This document shows, one piece after another, positions 37,694 to 47,668 of a DNA stretch of 64,000 bases. The DNA lies in the IMG/VR virus record IMGVR_UViG_2687453341_000003, positions 43,314-107,313 of that record. One strand, given 5' to 3'. The translations under genes were made by a program, and so were the position numbers. The stretch comes from a virus. Taxonomy: Duplodnaviria > Caudoviricetes. The notes beneath the pieces were generated by a model that had not been told where the DNA came from, did no database searches, and saw only the letters and a program-made list of their open reading frames with translations. Position 1 is the stretch's first letter. The number at the start of each line of letters is the position of its first letter.

Positions 37694-39826
37694 GTGAGTT
37701 CGTTCAAGTTCGCTGTTCAATCTACTCCAACGTACAACGCGGTGGTCGTGCGTGGCCCCAAGGGCGACAAGGGAGACGAAGGTGCATCGGGCACAAGTGA
37801 AATTGGTGCGCAAACTGCCACGGACTTGACCGGTCTCCTGTACGGTAACGGTAGTACGGTTTCGTCGCTCTCTGCAGCGTCCGGTCGCGATTTTCTCGAG
37901 GTCCTGTCCCAGTCCGAAACGCAATCAGCGATCACGGCCGCTCTCGCTGCATACACTCCGACGGCGAACCTCGCACCCATCGCTACCTCGGGCAGCGCAT
38001 CCGATCTCATCACCGGTACGCTCGCTAACGCTCGGCTCTCGCCCCAGGTTGTCCGCAGCGACTTCTCTTACTCGGATCCTGCGTGGATAAGTGCGATCGC
38101 AGCATCGAAGCTAACCGGGTTCGTCGATGATGCTCGTTTGTCTGGTAATGTCGCGTTAAAAAACGGGAGCAATGTATTTTCGGCGGGTAATACGTTCCAG
38201 GCCTCGCAGGTCTTTGACGCGTCAATCGTTGTCGGTGGGGTGACGGGTCCGAGGATCCGTGCAGTGAGTGGGGTTTTCCGGTTGAACAACAACGCGGATT
38301 CAGCGCGGGCTGGTCTCGAAATATCTGATCTTACGGCGACAGGCAACGCGTCGATCACGGGTACATTGCAGATCGGCGGAGCGGGAGCCCATTTGCTCCG
38401 TTGGAACTCTGGCGCATCGTCATTAGAAGTACGAGACTCCTCGAATTCCTTCTACAGAAAAATGCGATTCGGAGAGCTCCAAGCGATCGCCGATCTCGGC
38501 GGTAGCTTTGCAACCCCCGCGAATGCACGCATCGGATTGCTGACCCAAATTGGGGGATACATTGCTGGGGCAATCTCTGGCAGGACCTATTCCAGTAATG
38601 CGATTCACGGGGATGTCATCATCTCGGCATCCGTGAACATGACCACGGGTCAAAACGACTACTCGGGCTTAACCGATGACCTCGCGATTCGCGGCAACAC
38701 GGGCAACGTGGAAATCAATCGAGGTCTCCTTGGGATTGGAATGGCGGGCCAATCAGCTCGCTCAGTCTCGATCCTTCCCGTAAACACAGGCGATCGAACC
38801 GGCGTGCGAGTCTATGACTATGGGGCATTCGCGAGTGCGGTTTCGCAAACGGGATTCGATGTCGCGTACCTCGGAGGAACGCTGTCCGCCCCGGCGACTC
38901 CGGTATCAGGGCACTACCGAAACATTCTTAGCTTCAAGACTGGCGGGACCAACGGTTTGGTATCTGGGTCGCCGTCCTTTGCAATCCGCAGCACCATCGG
39001 AAGCGTGATTGGCTCGTCGCTTTGCGAAGTAAACACCTCGTTCATGGTGACTCCTACCATCACGGGCGTGACAACTGCCGTCCAAACGATCTTTGGACAG
39101 TCAGGCCTAGTTGATTTCCCAATCGGGCAAATCCAACTCGGTACCAATGTTCGCCTTAAGAACAACGCAGGCTCGCTCCAAGCACGCAACAGCGGGGACT
39201 CCGCATTCGCGAATCTCGAAGCGGCCGTCATCACCTCGGCGTTCCAAACCCTTGCGGGCGATCCGAGCACGCTTGATATTGCTACTGGCTTAGGGCGTCT
39301 CGTTAAGAACACTCTCACAAACGAGATCGCCAAGTTCATCAACGATGCTGGCGTGATTCGAAGGATCACCACGAGCCCGCCCTGGTCGTCGATCCTCAGC
39401 AAACCAACAACGCTCGCGGGATACGGGATTACCGATGCTGTCGCTTCGAACGATGCGCGCATCACCAATGGAGCCATAACATTCCTGATCGATGGGGGAG
39501 GCTCTGTGATCGCAGTCGGTGAAAAGTCGCTCCTCTTCCGCGTGCCTTACAACTGCACAATCACCGGCTGGGAGCTCGTCGCGAACGCATCCGGATCGAT
39601 CGTAATAGACGTCTGGAAGGACTCGTACGCGAACTTCCCACCGACGAACGGGGATTCGATCGTCGCGGCCGCAAAGCCCACGCTCGCCTCCCAGGTCAAG
39701 GCTCAATCGTCGACGCTGACCGGATGGACCACCGCATTGAACGCTGGGGACTACATCAAGCTCGAAGTCGAATCAGCATCGACCGTAAATGTCGCGGTAC
39801 TCACTCTCACGGTGACGAGGACATAG
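37694..39826 (+). CDS. Tail fibre protein
   Basis: GPKGDKGDEG collagen-like repeat, LAPIATSGSASDL, KPTTLAGYGITDA fibre motifs; GTG start at 37694. Confidence 0.75.
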   Translation: MSSFKFAVQSTPTYNAVVVRGPKGDKGDEGASGTSEIGAQTATDLTGLLYGNGSTVSSLSAASGRDFLEVLSQSETQSAITAALAAYTPTANLAPIATSGSASDLITGTLANARLSPQVVRSDFSYSDPAWISAIAASKLTGFVDDARLSGNVALKNGSNVFSAGNTFQASQVFDASIVVGGVTGPRIRAVSGVFRLNNNADSARAGLEISDLTATGNASITGTLQIGGAGAHLLRWNSGASSLEVRDSSNSFYRKMRFGELQAIADLGGSFATPANARIGLLTQIGGYIAGAISGRTYSSNAIHGDVIISASVNMTTGQNDYSGLTDDLAIRGNTGNVEINRGLLGIGMAGQSARSVSILPVNTGDRTGVRVYDYGAFASAVSQTGFDVAYLGGTLSAPATPVSGHYRNILSFKTGGTNGLVSGSPSFAIRSTIGSVIGSSLCEVNTSFMVTPTITGVTTAVQTIFGQSGLVDFPIGQIQLGTNVRLKNNAGSLQARNSGDSAFANLEAAVITSAFQTLAGDPSTLDIATGLGRLVKNTLTNEIAKFINDAGVIRRITTSPPWSSILSKPTTLAGYGITDAVASNDARITNGAITFLIDGGGSVIAVGEKSLLFRVPYNCTITGWELVANASGSIVIDVWKDSYANFPPTNGDSIVAAAKPTLASQVKAQSSTLTGWTTALNAGDYIKLEVESASTVNVAVLTLTVTRT

Positions 39827-39827
39827 C

Positions 39828-40979
39828 ATGGCAGTGGTGACTCGATGGTTTTCAACGACATCGGCAGGGGCAGGCGATGGGACATCGTGGGCTGATCGTG
39901 CTCAATTGGTGAGTGGTGCTACGTGGTCGAGTGTAATCACCGGCTTTAATTTCTCTTTAGGTGATTCGCTTGAGTGCAGAATTGGGCCAGGAACTTATGC
40001 GTACACAGCAACGTTGACCAACGCTTCATTTACAACCCCCCCTACAAGATCTAACCGAATATACATTATTGGATCAGATTCGTGGGGAATGCCGATTCAA
40101 CCCAGCGGTTGGATTTCGCCAGTACCAATCTACCCGTCAACTAACTACCCGTTATTCACGTCTAGCTCCGGAGTGGGGTTGTTCGGGGTAACCTGGCTGG
40201 AAGTAGCTTTCATCAAAGCAATAGTATCGTCTAACGGAAGCATCATCGGTGCCCCAGTAGTTATGTTTTGTGATTTAGAAAACACGGCTAGCCACGCGTC
40301 TGCAAGATGCTTCTCCATAACCCGTCTTGGTATGCACTTTGTAAATAACAAACTTAAATGCTCTGGTTCAATCTACGACAGAATCATAGACATTCAGGAT
40401 TCAGGGTACGCCAACATTATAAATTGCCGACTAGAAGGAAACGCGTCTGCTTCATCCGGCGGAAGGCATGGACTGACCGCCAATTCATGGCAACCGGCAA
40501 ATAACTATAAAAACCTAACTATCGTGAACAATCCGGGTACAGCGATTCACATAAACGCAGGCAGTCCAAGTTGGTATGGAGAAGGTCTAACGAATTCCAT
40601 TTTGAGCAACAACGGAAGAGGTTATTACGTTGATCCAAACGCAAGTATAGCTGGAAGTATTCCAATTACTTTATCTGGGAACATGATAACTGGCAACGCG
40701 ACTTATGGCGTTGAGCTAGGAACCAACAACGACGAAGTATGGCTCCTCAATAATCGATTTCGCAACAACGGAACTGCTGACTACAACTCACTGCTAAACG
40801 TCCCATTCACTAGCAACTACACCGCAGCCGGGACCGATGCCGATGAGTTCGTCGATGCTCTCAATGGTGACTACCGAATCAAGCTAGGCTCCGCGTACTG
40901 GGGCAAAGGCATCGGTGCAGGCGACGAGCCCTCCAGCGGTTCTTTCATTCTTCCTTCTAACTCCGCATGGGTAGCGTAA
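39828..40979 (+). CDS. Right-handed beta-helix (pectin-lyase-like) tailspike/receptor-binding protein
   Basis: GAGDGTSWAD N-terminus, Asn-rich repeats (NNGRG, GNATYGV, NNGT), F.D..NGDYR C-terminus. Confidence 0.65.
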   Translation: MAVVTRWFSTTSAGAGDGTSWADRAQLVSGATWSSVITGFNFSLGDSLECRIGPGTYAYTATLTNASFTTPPTRSNRIYIIGSDSWGMPIQPSGWISPVPIYPSTNYPLFTSSSGVGLFGVTWLEVAFIKAIVSSNGSIIGAPVVMFCDLENTASHASARCFSITRLGMHFVNNKLKCSGSIYDRIIDIQDSGYANIINCRLEGNASASSGGRHGLTANSWQPANNYKNLTIVNNPGTAIHINAGSPSWYGEGLTNSILSNNGRGYYVDPNASIAGSIPITLSGNMITGNATYGVELGTNNDEVWLLNNRFRNNGTADYNSLLNVPFTSNYTAAGTDADEFVDALNGDYRIKLGSAYWGKGIGAGDEPSSGSFILPSNSAWVA

Positions 40980-41386
40980 TGTTTGCATCACCGACGATTC
41001 CTACGAATCCCGAGTCTTTGCTGATCGCGAAAGAGTTGCTCGATTCCAGCAATTCGACACTCGCTAACCTCGCCAAGTTCAGACGGGAGCAGTTCCAACG
41101 GTTCTGGTACCAATCGCGCCAACAGCTTCGGACGCGACAGGATGTTAACGAGATTCTCTCTCAAATGGACGCGGCATCGCCCGGTCAATCTGCTCGGTTT
41201 TTTGCAAGTGCGAAGGCACTAGTGGACCTCATCGAAGCCATTTCGGGCGAACCGATGGAGCCTGAAGAATGGATGCCTCCTTATGAATACACGATTGATC
41301 CGGAGACTTATTCACTCCGAATGACGATCCCGCCTGAACCCGAGTCCGAGCCTGAGCCCGAGCCTGAAGCTGAACCCAACGAGTAA
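40979..41386 (+). CDS. Hypothetical protein with C-terminal PE repeats
   Basis: TAATG coupling; PEPESEPEPEPE tail. Confidence 0.6.
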   Translation: MFASPTIPTNPESLLIAKELLDSSNSTLANLAKFRREQFQRFWYQSRQQLRTRQDVNEILSQMDAASPGQSARFFASAKALVDLIEAISGEPMEPEEWMPPYEYTIDPETYSLRMTIPPEPESEPEPEPEAEPNE

Positions 41387-41409
41387 ACGCTATACCTACC
41401 GAGGAAACC

Positions 41410-42333
41410 ATGTCAGAAGTTCGTTCCGCATTGCCTTACATTTCGCACCTTCGCGTGACCAAGCGCCCCACGATCAAGTGGGAGCCTATCGGCTACGACG
41501 CTCAAAACGGTGAGGATCTTTACCGCCAGGGGGTCGATCTCCCCGGCATCGAGTGCGAAGTGACGCCCTACATGGGAAGCGTGAAGGGGCCAGCCGCAAC
41601 GTATCGATTCCCCCTGAAGGCCTTCTTCGAGGCGAACTTGGCCAAGCTGCAAGCCAAGCCGCAGAAGAACGACCAGGACAACGCTGCGATTGCCAACTTG
41701 CAAGCTACGATCGCCAATCCGGAGACGATTTGGGCCGAGTCGATTCTGCTCGCCGGAGGCCTCCCAACGCTCACCGCATTGTGGCAAGACGTGTTTAGCG
41801 ACGCGCTCGACGAGTTCACGGAGTGGAGCGAACCCGAAGTAGCGGCCGGTGGAATCCCACTCTACGTGCGCGAGATGCAATGGGACGCTCGCATCCCCTA
41901 CGAGTCTGCCAAGTCGATCACCCTTAAAGTGGGCCTGTTCGATACCGAACAGGAGGAAGGCGCTCCTGCGTTGTACACGCTCAGTTTCGAGGACGCCGCG
42001 ACGCGGGCCCAACGCGAGGCCTACAACGCGCAGCTCGTTCAACGCATCACGCAGCTGACGGCCGCGATCGCGGGACTTCCTGAAGGTCCAAGCGAGACGC
42101 GAACGCAAATGGAACAGGAGCTCGCTGGATACCAAGCCGAAAAGGCCCAACGCGACGCAGTCGAGAACGGACTCATGAGCGATCTACTATCCAACGCGTC
42201 CGTGCAGCAATCGCTCCCGACGTTGCTGGTGGCGATCCTCGGTGCATTGAAAGCCGTCTACTGGCCCGACCTCGACATGTCGCTCGTGCAGACCAGGTTG
42301 GCCGAGACGCTGGGGGAATTGGCAGTCGCGTAA
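41410..42333 (+). CDS. Hypothetical acidic coiled-coil protein
   Basis: GAGGA RBS; last gene of plus-strand structural operon. Confidence 0.65.
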   Translation: MSEVRSALPYISHLRVTKRPTIKWEPIGYDAQNGEDLYRQGVDLPGIECEVTPYMGSVKGPAATYRFPLKAFFEANLAKLQAKPQKNDQDNAAIANLQATIANPETIWAESILLAGGLPTLTALWQDVFSDALDEFTEWSEPEVAAGGIPLYVREMQWDARIPYESAKSITLKVGLFDTEQEEGAPALYTLSFEDAATRAQREAYNAQLVQRITQLTAAIAGLPEGPSETRTQMEQELAGYQAEKAQRDAVENGLMSDLLSNASVQQSLPTLLVAILGALKAVYWPDLDMSLVQTRLAETLGELAVA

Positions 42334-42350
42334 GTGCGGCTCGTTCATCC

Positions 42351-42785
42351 TCACTTGCACCGATACCTTCTCCAAAATCGGCCGCAGCTCCACACGCTGC
42401 GGCCGATTCGTTTTGATACAGAATTGTGTGCACGATGCGACCACCAAAAGAACTCGATTCGAGAATGAAACCTCGGTGGATCCAGTTCCTTAAATCCGGC
42501 CCAATGCCGTCGGCAGGCGCCGCACGGAATCGATATCGATTCCCACATCCGATACCACGCTTCGATATCGGCCCATGTCTGCAGTCGAAACGCGACTCGA
42601 TGAAGTGGCACCCACCCAACGTCAAAAACGTGATCCTGCAGGAGCGGAGCCGGAACCGCGATCGATGGTTGAGTGGGCGCGGAGTCCAATTGCGATGGGT
42701 ACAAACTGGCGAATTCACTCGGAGTGATTTCCCCACGCAACAACCGCAGCACCGGGTTTACAACCGAGAAAACTGGATCGTCCAT
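42351..42785 (-). CDS. Erv1/Alr-family FAD-linked sulfhydryl oxidase
   Basis: GWVPLH, IPCGACRRHW (CxxC), FFWWSHRAHNSVSKRIG match Erv/Alr motifs W..LH, PCxxCxxH, WxxxxHNxVxxRLG. Confidence 0.8.
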   Translation of the reverse strand: MDDPVFSVVNPVLRLLRGEITPSEFASLYPSQLDSAPTQPSIAVPAPLLQDHVFDVGWVPLHRVAFRLQTWADIEAWYRMWESISIPCGACRRHWAGFKELDPPRFHSRIEFFWWSHRAHNSVSKRIGRSVWSCGRFWRRYRCK

Positions 42786-43960
42786 GTGCCGAGGTCCAAT
42801 GGTGCAATGACTGGATCCGGAGAGCTACCGTCCATGGTTTCTTCTACAAATCGGTAGCTAGTTTGGCAATGTCGATACGCTCGATTGAAGCCGGATCCAC
42901 CGGGCGGTGTAGGAGTAATCGGTGTGCAGTCGCTATAGGGCGATGCTCCTAATGTGTCTGTGAGGAAAGCAGGGCATGTGCTGGTAACGGTCGTGTCTGA
43001 AGAAGACCAACTGACAGGGGATGTAATCGTAGGAGCAGCATCGGACCCATAGCTCGGAATGGAACACTTTGTCCCGCATGAGTCAGTGAATGCTGAGATC
43101 GGAAGAACATCGCTGGGGAGAAAATCGAAGTCTTTACAGAAGGACTTCGCGAATGCGTAAGTGGTACCAAAGCCGGGTGTGAGCGTGTCCTCGGAAATCC
43201 ACGGCATCATACCGGCATTTGCATTCACTCCACTAAACCACGGGCCTATCCCAAAACAGGCAGTGCCGTATTCGGTTGGGTCACATGGCGTGGGAACATT
43301 GAAACTGGCCGATTCCCATCCCGTCAATCCGTTCACTGTCTCGAAGTGGCACCCTGTATTGGGGCGACCATCGTTTGTCTTGTTGAGAATTCGAGTCTCG
43401 ACGAAGTGGGTGCCGTAGATGGTGAATGCAATACGCACCTTGCAAATGCCACCTACGATGATTGGGTGCACGGTAACGCGGTACTGATTTAGCGTGAAAT
43501 GATAGAACCAGGCCAACGCCTTCGAAATGGTGATGAATGTCGTGTAGGTCCATTTATCGACGGGAGTGTAAGCACCTCCTGTAATTCGATCCTGCTGGGA
43601 AACGTTCCAAGTCTCCAAACGACGGTTGCGGTAATGCTTCCAGTAGCCCCATTGGTAATAGGGTCCATACCCAGCCAAAGCTGGGAGACTGAATTGTGCA
43701 GCTCCGCAACATGTCTTGGTATTCCCCATGGTCCCGGACACGGTCCACTGCGATCGCAAGGAGTTGGTGATCGCAATCGAAACTTGCCCCCATCGGGGTA
43801 CTCGGCACTTTCCAGCATGGCCACCGCATGGAACGCATCCGCCGGTACCGACGAGCTCCGCGTCGCACCACAAACATTGATGGGGAACTTCCAACGGAGC
43901 ATAGCTACCTGGTGGAGTTTCCCCGATCGGTCCCCCGATTGGTTCTAATGTTTCAGTCAT
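42758..43960 (-). CDS. Cysteine-rich (17 Cys) tail-operon protein
   Basis: 400 aa, Thr/Gly/aromatic-rich, after tape-measure downstream genes; overlaps Erv gene by 28 nt. Confidence 0.7.
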   Translation of the reverse strand: MTETLEPIGGPIGETPPGSYAPLEVPHQCLWCDAELVGTGGCVPCGGHAGKCRVPRWGQVSIAITNSLRSQWTVSGTMGNTKTCCGAAQFSLPALAGYGPYYQWGYWKHYRNRRLETWNVSQQDRITGGAYTPVDKWTYTTFITISKALAWFYHFTLNQYRVTVHPIIVGGICKVRIAFTIYGTHFVETRILNKTNDGRPNTGCHFETVNGLTGWESASFNVPTPCDPTEYGTACFGIGPWFSGVNANAGMMPWISEDTLTPGFGTTYAFAKSFCKDFDFLPSDVLPISAFTDSCGTKCSIPSYGSDAAPTITSPVSWSSSDTTVTSTCPAFLTDTLGASPYSDCTPITPTPPGGSGFNRAYRHCQTSYRFVEETMDGSSPDPVIAPLDLGTWTIQFSRL

Positions 43961-43976
43961 CCTTTTCCTTTCCGCG

Positions 43977-44711
43977 TTACTCGATGCACCATGGAACCGT
44001 GATGACGAATCGATTACCCAACCACATTGCGATTCCTTGGTCTCCGATCAGCTGCAGTGCGGCGCATCCGTATGAATCGACAACGAACGCATTGGGCCCG
44101 AGCGACAGTTGTGCGTTTGTCGCGGCGGGTGGCACCTGGCGGTTCTGCGTCAGCGTGTAGGTTAGGAAGTTGCTGACACAGTTGAGATCGCACAAAGCGA
44201 ATCCGTTTCCGAGATCCGCAATCTTCCGCGCGAACCCAAACCCGGAGCTCACGGCCGCAGAGTCTTGGTAGCTGGCCGTTTTAACTCGAGGGAGAACAAA
44301 CCCGGCTCCTGAGTCACACTTAATCTCGACCGTTCCGGATACCGCAACGTCGCCAAATGCGTTGGCCTCGATTGCATCTCCCACCACAACTCCAACGTTG
44401 AAGAGTGAGCTCGCTAGTTCGTTTGCTTCGGTGATATTGATGGGTAGGTAACATGGATGCACATTCAACCATCCGTTGCGACTATTCCCCCATCCCGTTC
44501 CCTCGCCCGTATAAGTCCCCAGAATCACGGGACTACCTGGCTGCAAGGTGTAGGTGCAGTTGTTCTTGGCAACGACCGATACAAAACGGTGGGAAGTTCG
44601 ACCGCTGATCGCCCGTGCACCCGCTTGTTCACCCTGGATCGCCAGAAGGCGATTGAACGCCCTGGCGGAGACATCGTTGATCCTCGAACCCTTCTTAAGC
44701 CGAGATTGCAT
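43977..44711 (-). CDS. Putative tail tip/baseplate protein
   Basis: Second gene after tape measure; probable start MQSRLKKG. Confidence 0.55.
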   Translation of the reverse strand: MQSRLKKGSRINDVSARAFNRLLAIQGEQAGARAISGRTSHRFVSVVAKNNCTYTLQPGSPVILGTYTGEGTGWGNSRNGWLNVHPCYLPINITEANELASSLFNVGVVVGDAIEANAFGDVAVSGTVEIKCDSGAGFVLPRVKTASYQDSAAVSSGFGFARKIADLGNGFALCDLNCVSNFLTYTLTQNRQVPPAATNAQLSLGPNAFVVDSYGCAALQLIGDQGIAMWLGNRFVITVPWCIE

Positions 44712-44712
44712 T

Positions 44713-45567
44713 TCAAAGCCCCAGTAAGGTCGGTGCGAACTCGTCGTAGACACGTTCGACATATGCCCACTTCGGGCGTCTCACGCGGCTGCCGCTCACT
44801 ACGTTGTGCTCGTACTTCACCCAGACGTAGTCATGCCCCTTTTTGGCAATGCCCGATATGGCTCCGATCGCATAGGACGCGATGTTCTGCGATGCCGCGA
44901 AATGGTACTCCACCTCGTTGTCTTTGTAGGGAACGTACTCACCACTCGCCCCCAAGAAGAGCAGTTCACCAGCACCGAAAGTTTGCCAGGGAACCGAATT
45001 GGTTCTGCCGGTGTAGGCTGCCATGGCCTTCATATAGTCGATAAAGGACGTTGGGCCGAACAGCGTGCTGTTCTTGTTCCACCTCTTCCGAACGCTGAGT
45101 TTGAGTGCGGGAAGAATGATCTCCACGCCTTGTGCTTCGTTCTCGTCGTTGACGTCAATGGAGCCCTGATGGTCCGGAGCTCCTGCAGGATAACGCTGGG
45201 TTGCCCGAGAGGTGAAAACCTTCACTGTCCCCCCCTGGGTATCAAACGACCACCGATAAATCGATTCGCTGATCTCGGCAGTCCGGTAATTCACATCGAA
45301 GATGAATCGCTTTGTGTCGTCATCTTCTCGCCATGAGATCTTGCCTCGATAAAGGGTCTGAACGTCGCTACTGGAACTCGGAGTCTGTACATAAAAGCCC
45401 GGTACATTGCTTCGCAAATGGTTCAAGCAATTCGGGAAGTACTGCTCGTCGTTCCTTTCGGCTGGAGTATTCGCCCAAACCTCCCACGAGAGATTCATTT
45501 CATCATCCGCACCACGGTCCGTCGCGCTACCCGTGGCACCGCAAAGCATTTTGATTCGAAACGCCAT
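44713..45567 (-). CDS. Putative distal tail/hub protein
   Basis: First gene after tape measure; GELLFLGASG, KKGHDYVWV, YVERVY. Confidence 0.6.
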   Translation of the reverse strand: MAFRIKMLCGATGSATDRGADDEMNLSWEVWANTPAERNDEQYFPNCLNHLRSNVPGFYVQTPSSSSDVQTLYRGKISWREDDDTKRFIFDVNYRTAEISESIYRWSFDTQGGTVKVFTSRATQRYPAGAPDHQGSIDVNDENEAQGVEIILPALKLSVRKRWNKNSTLFGPTSFIDYMKAMAAYTGRTNSVPWQTFGAGELLFLGASGEYVPYKDNEVEYHFAASQNIASYAIGAISGIAKKGHDYVWVKYEHNVVSGSRVRRPKWAYVERVYDEFAPTLLGL

Positions 45568-45571
45568 CGAT

Positions 45572-47656
45572 CTAATCCTTCATCCCTTCGCGTTCCTCAC
45601 GCTTCTTTTCTTTCGCGATCTTCACGAGTTCCCCGGTGTTCTTCGCCGTGGATTCCATCGCGGTATTCCTGCCTAATCCGGATAGCATCGAACCGAGTGC
45701 TGAGAACGTTCCGGAATTCGGTGCACCACCCTTTACCGCACCCGTTGCTCCTGCAAGGAGTGCCTGCGGGCCTCCCGCCATTTGCTCTGCGCTCGCTTCT
45801 TTTCTCTCTCGTTCCGCATTGGCGGCATTGAGTGCGTTGTTAAGAGCTTCCTGGGCCTGCCGGGCCTTATCTCCGAGAGTATTCAAACCTTGCTCGGCTG
45901 CCGCTTGGTTGGCCTCTTGTTGGTATTGATTCAACTCGTCTTGCAGCTTCTTCTCCGCAGCGGCTCGTTGGCCCATATTGCTAAGGTTCGCGGCGTCACG
46001 TCGTCTCATGCTGGCGTTGTAGGCCTTGTCATCTTCTCGTTGGGCTTGGGCCTGCATTTCCGAGAGGACATTTCCGATCCCTTGACCGTTGAAGCTTTCT
46101 CGAACTGTATTGAAGAGGTCTTTCTTACCGATGTACTCAAAGATGGGTTCGAGGTAGCCGAGCAAATCATAGAACCGTTGGCCAATCCAAACGATGGATT
46201 GTGCGATGCCAAACACCATCGTGCGAAAGGCAGTGCGCATCCCCCACACGATGCCATCCCAAACCGTCCCCATACCGGTAGCTGCCATGTCCCAAAAGAA
46301 CTTGATTCCATTCCACGCCTTCAAGACCGTCAAACGAACGTTGCCCATGGCGATGGCTGCCATCAGGTCCCATCGCCCTGCGAGAATTGCTTTACCGATG
46401 GAGCCAGTCGCTTCCCATACCCCACCGAGCAACGAATCGAGAGCAGTCCAAGCGAGAGCTTGAAACCCAGCCCAAGCGATCGCGGCAGCACCTTCAATAT
46501 CGCCGGATCGCATCGCGGCCACGATTCCGTTGAAAGTACTTGTAAAGATCCCCCATAGAACCATTAGTGCGTCAATCGCAGGCTGGATAAATGCGATCAG
46601 CGGAGCCAATAGGATGGCCAACTCGGACCGAAACGAATAGGCGGCGACAGCCAGCCCCACGAGGATGCCGATGAGAATTCCCATCGGGCTCAGAACAAAT
46701 GCGGCCACGGCAACCAGTGACCCGATTGCGGAGCCAATCAGCCCGACAGCGAACGATGCTCCCATGATGACAGCACCGAGCCCCATGAATGCCCCCGCAA
46801 CCGAGACGACCACGAGAGCCACGGTACCAATCGTTTGGAACAACTCCCCATTCTTCTCCACGAAGTTGGTGATGACCTTCGAAAGCGTGATTCCAATCTG
46901 GGTGAATGTCTTCAGCGTTGGGAGCATTGCATTGCCAAGTGCCCGAGCAACGATCGCGGCATTATCCATCAACGTGGAGAACAACCCGGTGAGTGTCGCG
47001 GACTGCTTCTGCATCATCCCATTGAACCGACCACCGGGCCCGGAAGCGGAAGCAAAAGCCGTGGCGAGCATTCGAGAGGAGATTTGACCTGCTTCCATTT
47101 CCTCGGAAAGCTTGGCCATAGATTTGCCAGTGATCCGCGAAATCTCCTGAAGTGGATTGAAACCGGCTTCAATCATCTGATTGACTTCCTGGCCCATCAG
47201 ACGACCTTTACCCATGACTTGGCCAAATGCGAGAGCGAGGCGGGAAAAACGCTCGGCATCTCCTCCCGATACATCTCCGAGATTCCTAAGCGTTGGTAAC
47301 AGGGCGTCGGCGCTCACCCCAAAATTGAGCAACGTTTGTGCACCGTCTTTGAGTTGGTCGAATGTGAATGGGGTTTCAGCCCCCAACTGCTCGATCTCTT
47401 TGAGCTTCTTCTCAGCGAGGTTTGCATCGCCGAGGAACACCGCAAAGGATGTCTTCGTTTGCTCCATGTTGGCAGCGAGCTTGATGGGCCATGCGAGCGC
47501 AGCCCCCATCCCGGCGCCAATGACACCGCCACTCGTTGCCATCATGGTACCGAACTGTCGTAGTCGTTTCTCAGCTACTTTGAGGCCCTGCTGCATGCGG
47601 TCTCGAATACTCAAGAGGACGTGAGCTCTACCCGCTTCTATGTCTTTGGCTGCCAT
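45572..47656 (-). CDS. Tail tape measure protein
   Basis: AETPF, LGDVSGG, FGQV..KGRLMGQEVNQM.EAG, GG.F.G.M..QS.TL.G..STL.D. Confidence 0.92.
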   Translation of the reverse strand: MAAKDIEAGRAHVLLSIRDRMQQGLKVAEKRLRQFGTMMATSGGVIGAGMGAALAWPIKLAANMEQTKTSFAVFLGDANLAEKKLKEIEQLGAETPFTFDQLKDGAQTLLNFGVSADALLPTLRNLGDVSGGDAERFSRLALAFGQVMGKGRLMGQEVNQMIEAGFNPLQEISRITGKSMAKLSEEMEAGQISSRMLATAFASASGPGGRFNGMMQKQSATLTGLFSTLMDNAAIVARALGNAMLPTLKTFTQIGITLSKVITNFVEKNGELFQTIGTVALVVVSVAGAFMGLGAVIMGASFAVGLIGSAIGSLVAVAAFVLSPMGILIGILVGLAVAAYSFRSELAILLAPLIAFIQPAIDALMVLWGIFTSTFNGIVAAMRSGDIEGAAAIAWAGFQALAWTALDSLLGGVWEATGSIGKAILAGRWDLMAAIAMGNVRLTVLKAWNGIKFFWDMAATGMGTVWDGIVWGMRTAFRTMVFGIAQSIVWIGQRFYDLLGYLEPIFEYIGKKDLFNTVRESFNGQGIGNVLSEMQAQAQREDDKAYNASMRRRDAANLSNMGQRAAAEKKLQDELNQYQQEANQAAAEQGLNTLGDKARQAQEALNNALNAANAERERKEASAEQMAGGPQALLAGATGAVKGGAPNSGTFSALGSMLSGLGRNTAMESTAKNTGELVKIAKEKKREEREGMKD

Positions 47657-47668
47657 CGAATTCGATTC

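Noticed and set aside
41333-41382. GAGCCT/GAACCC tandem repeats
   Set aside because: Simply encode the Pro-Glu low-complexity tail
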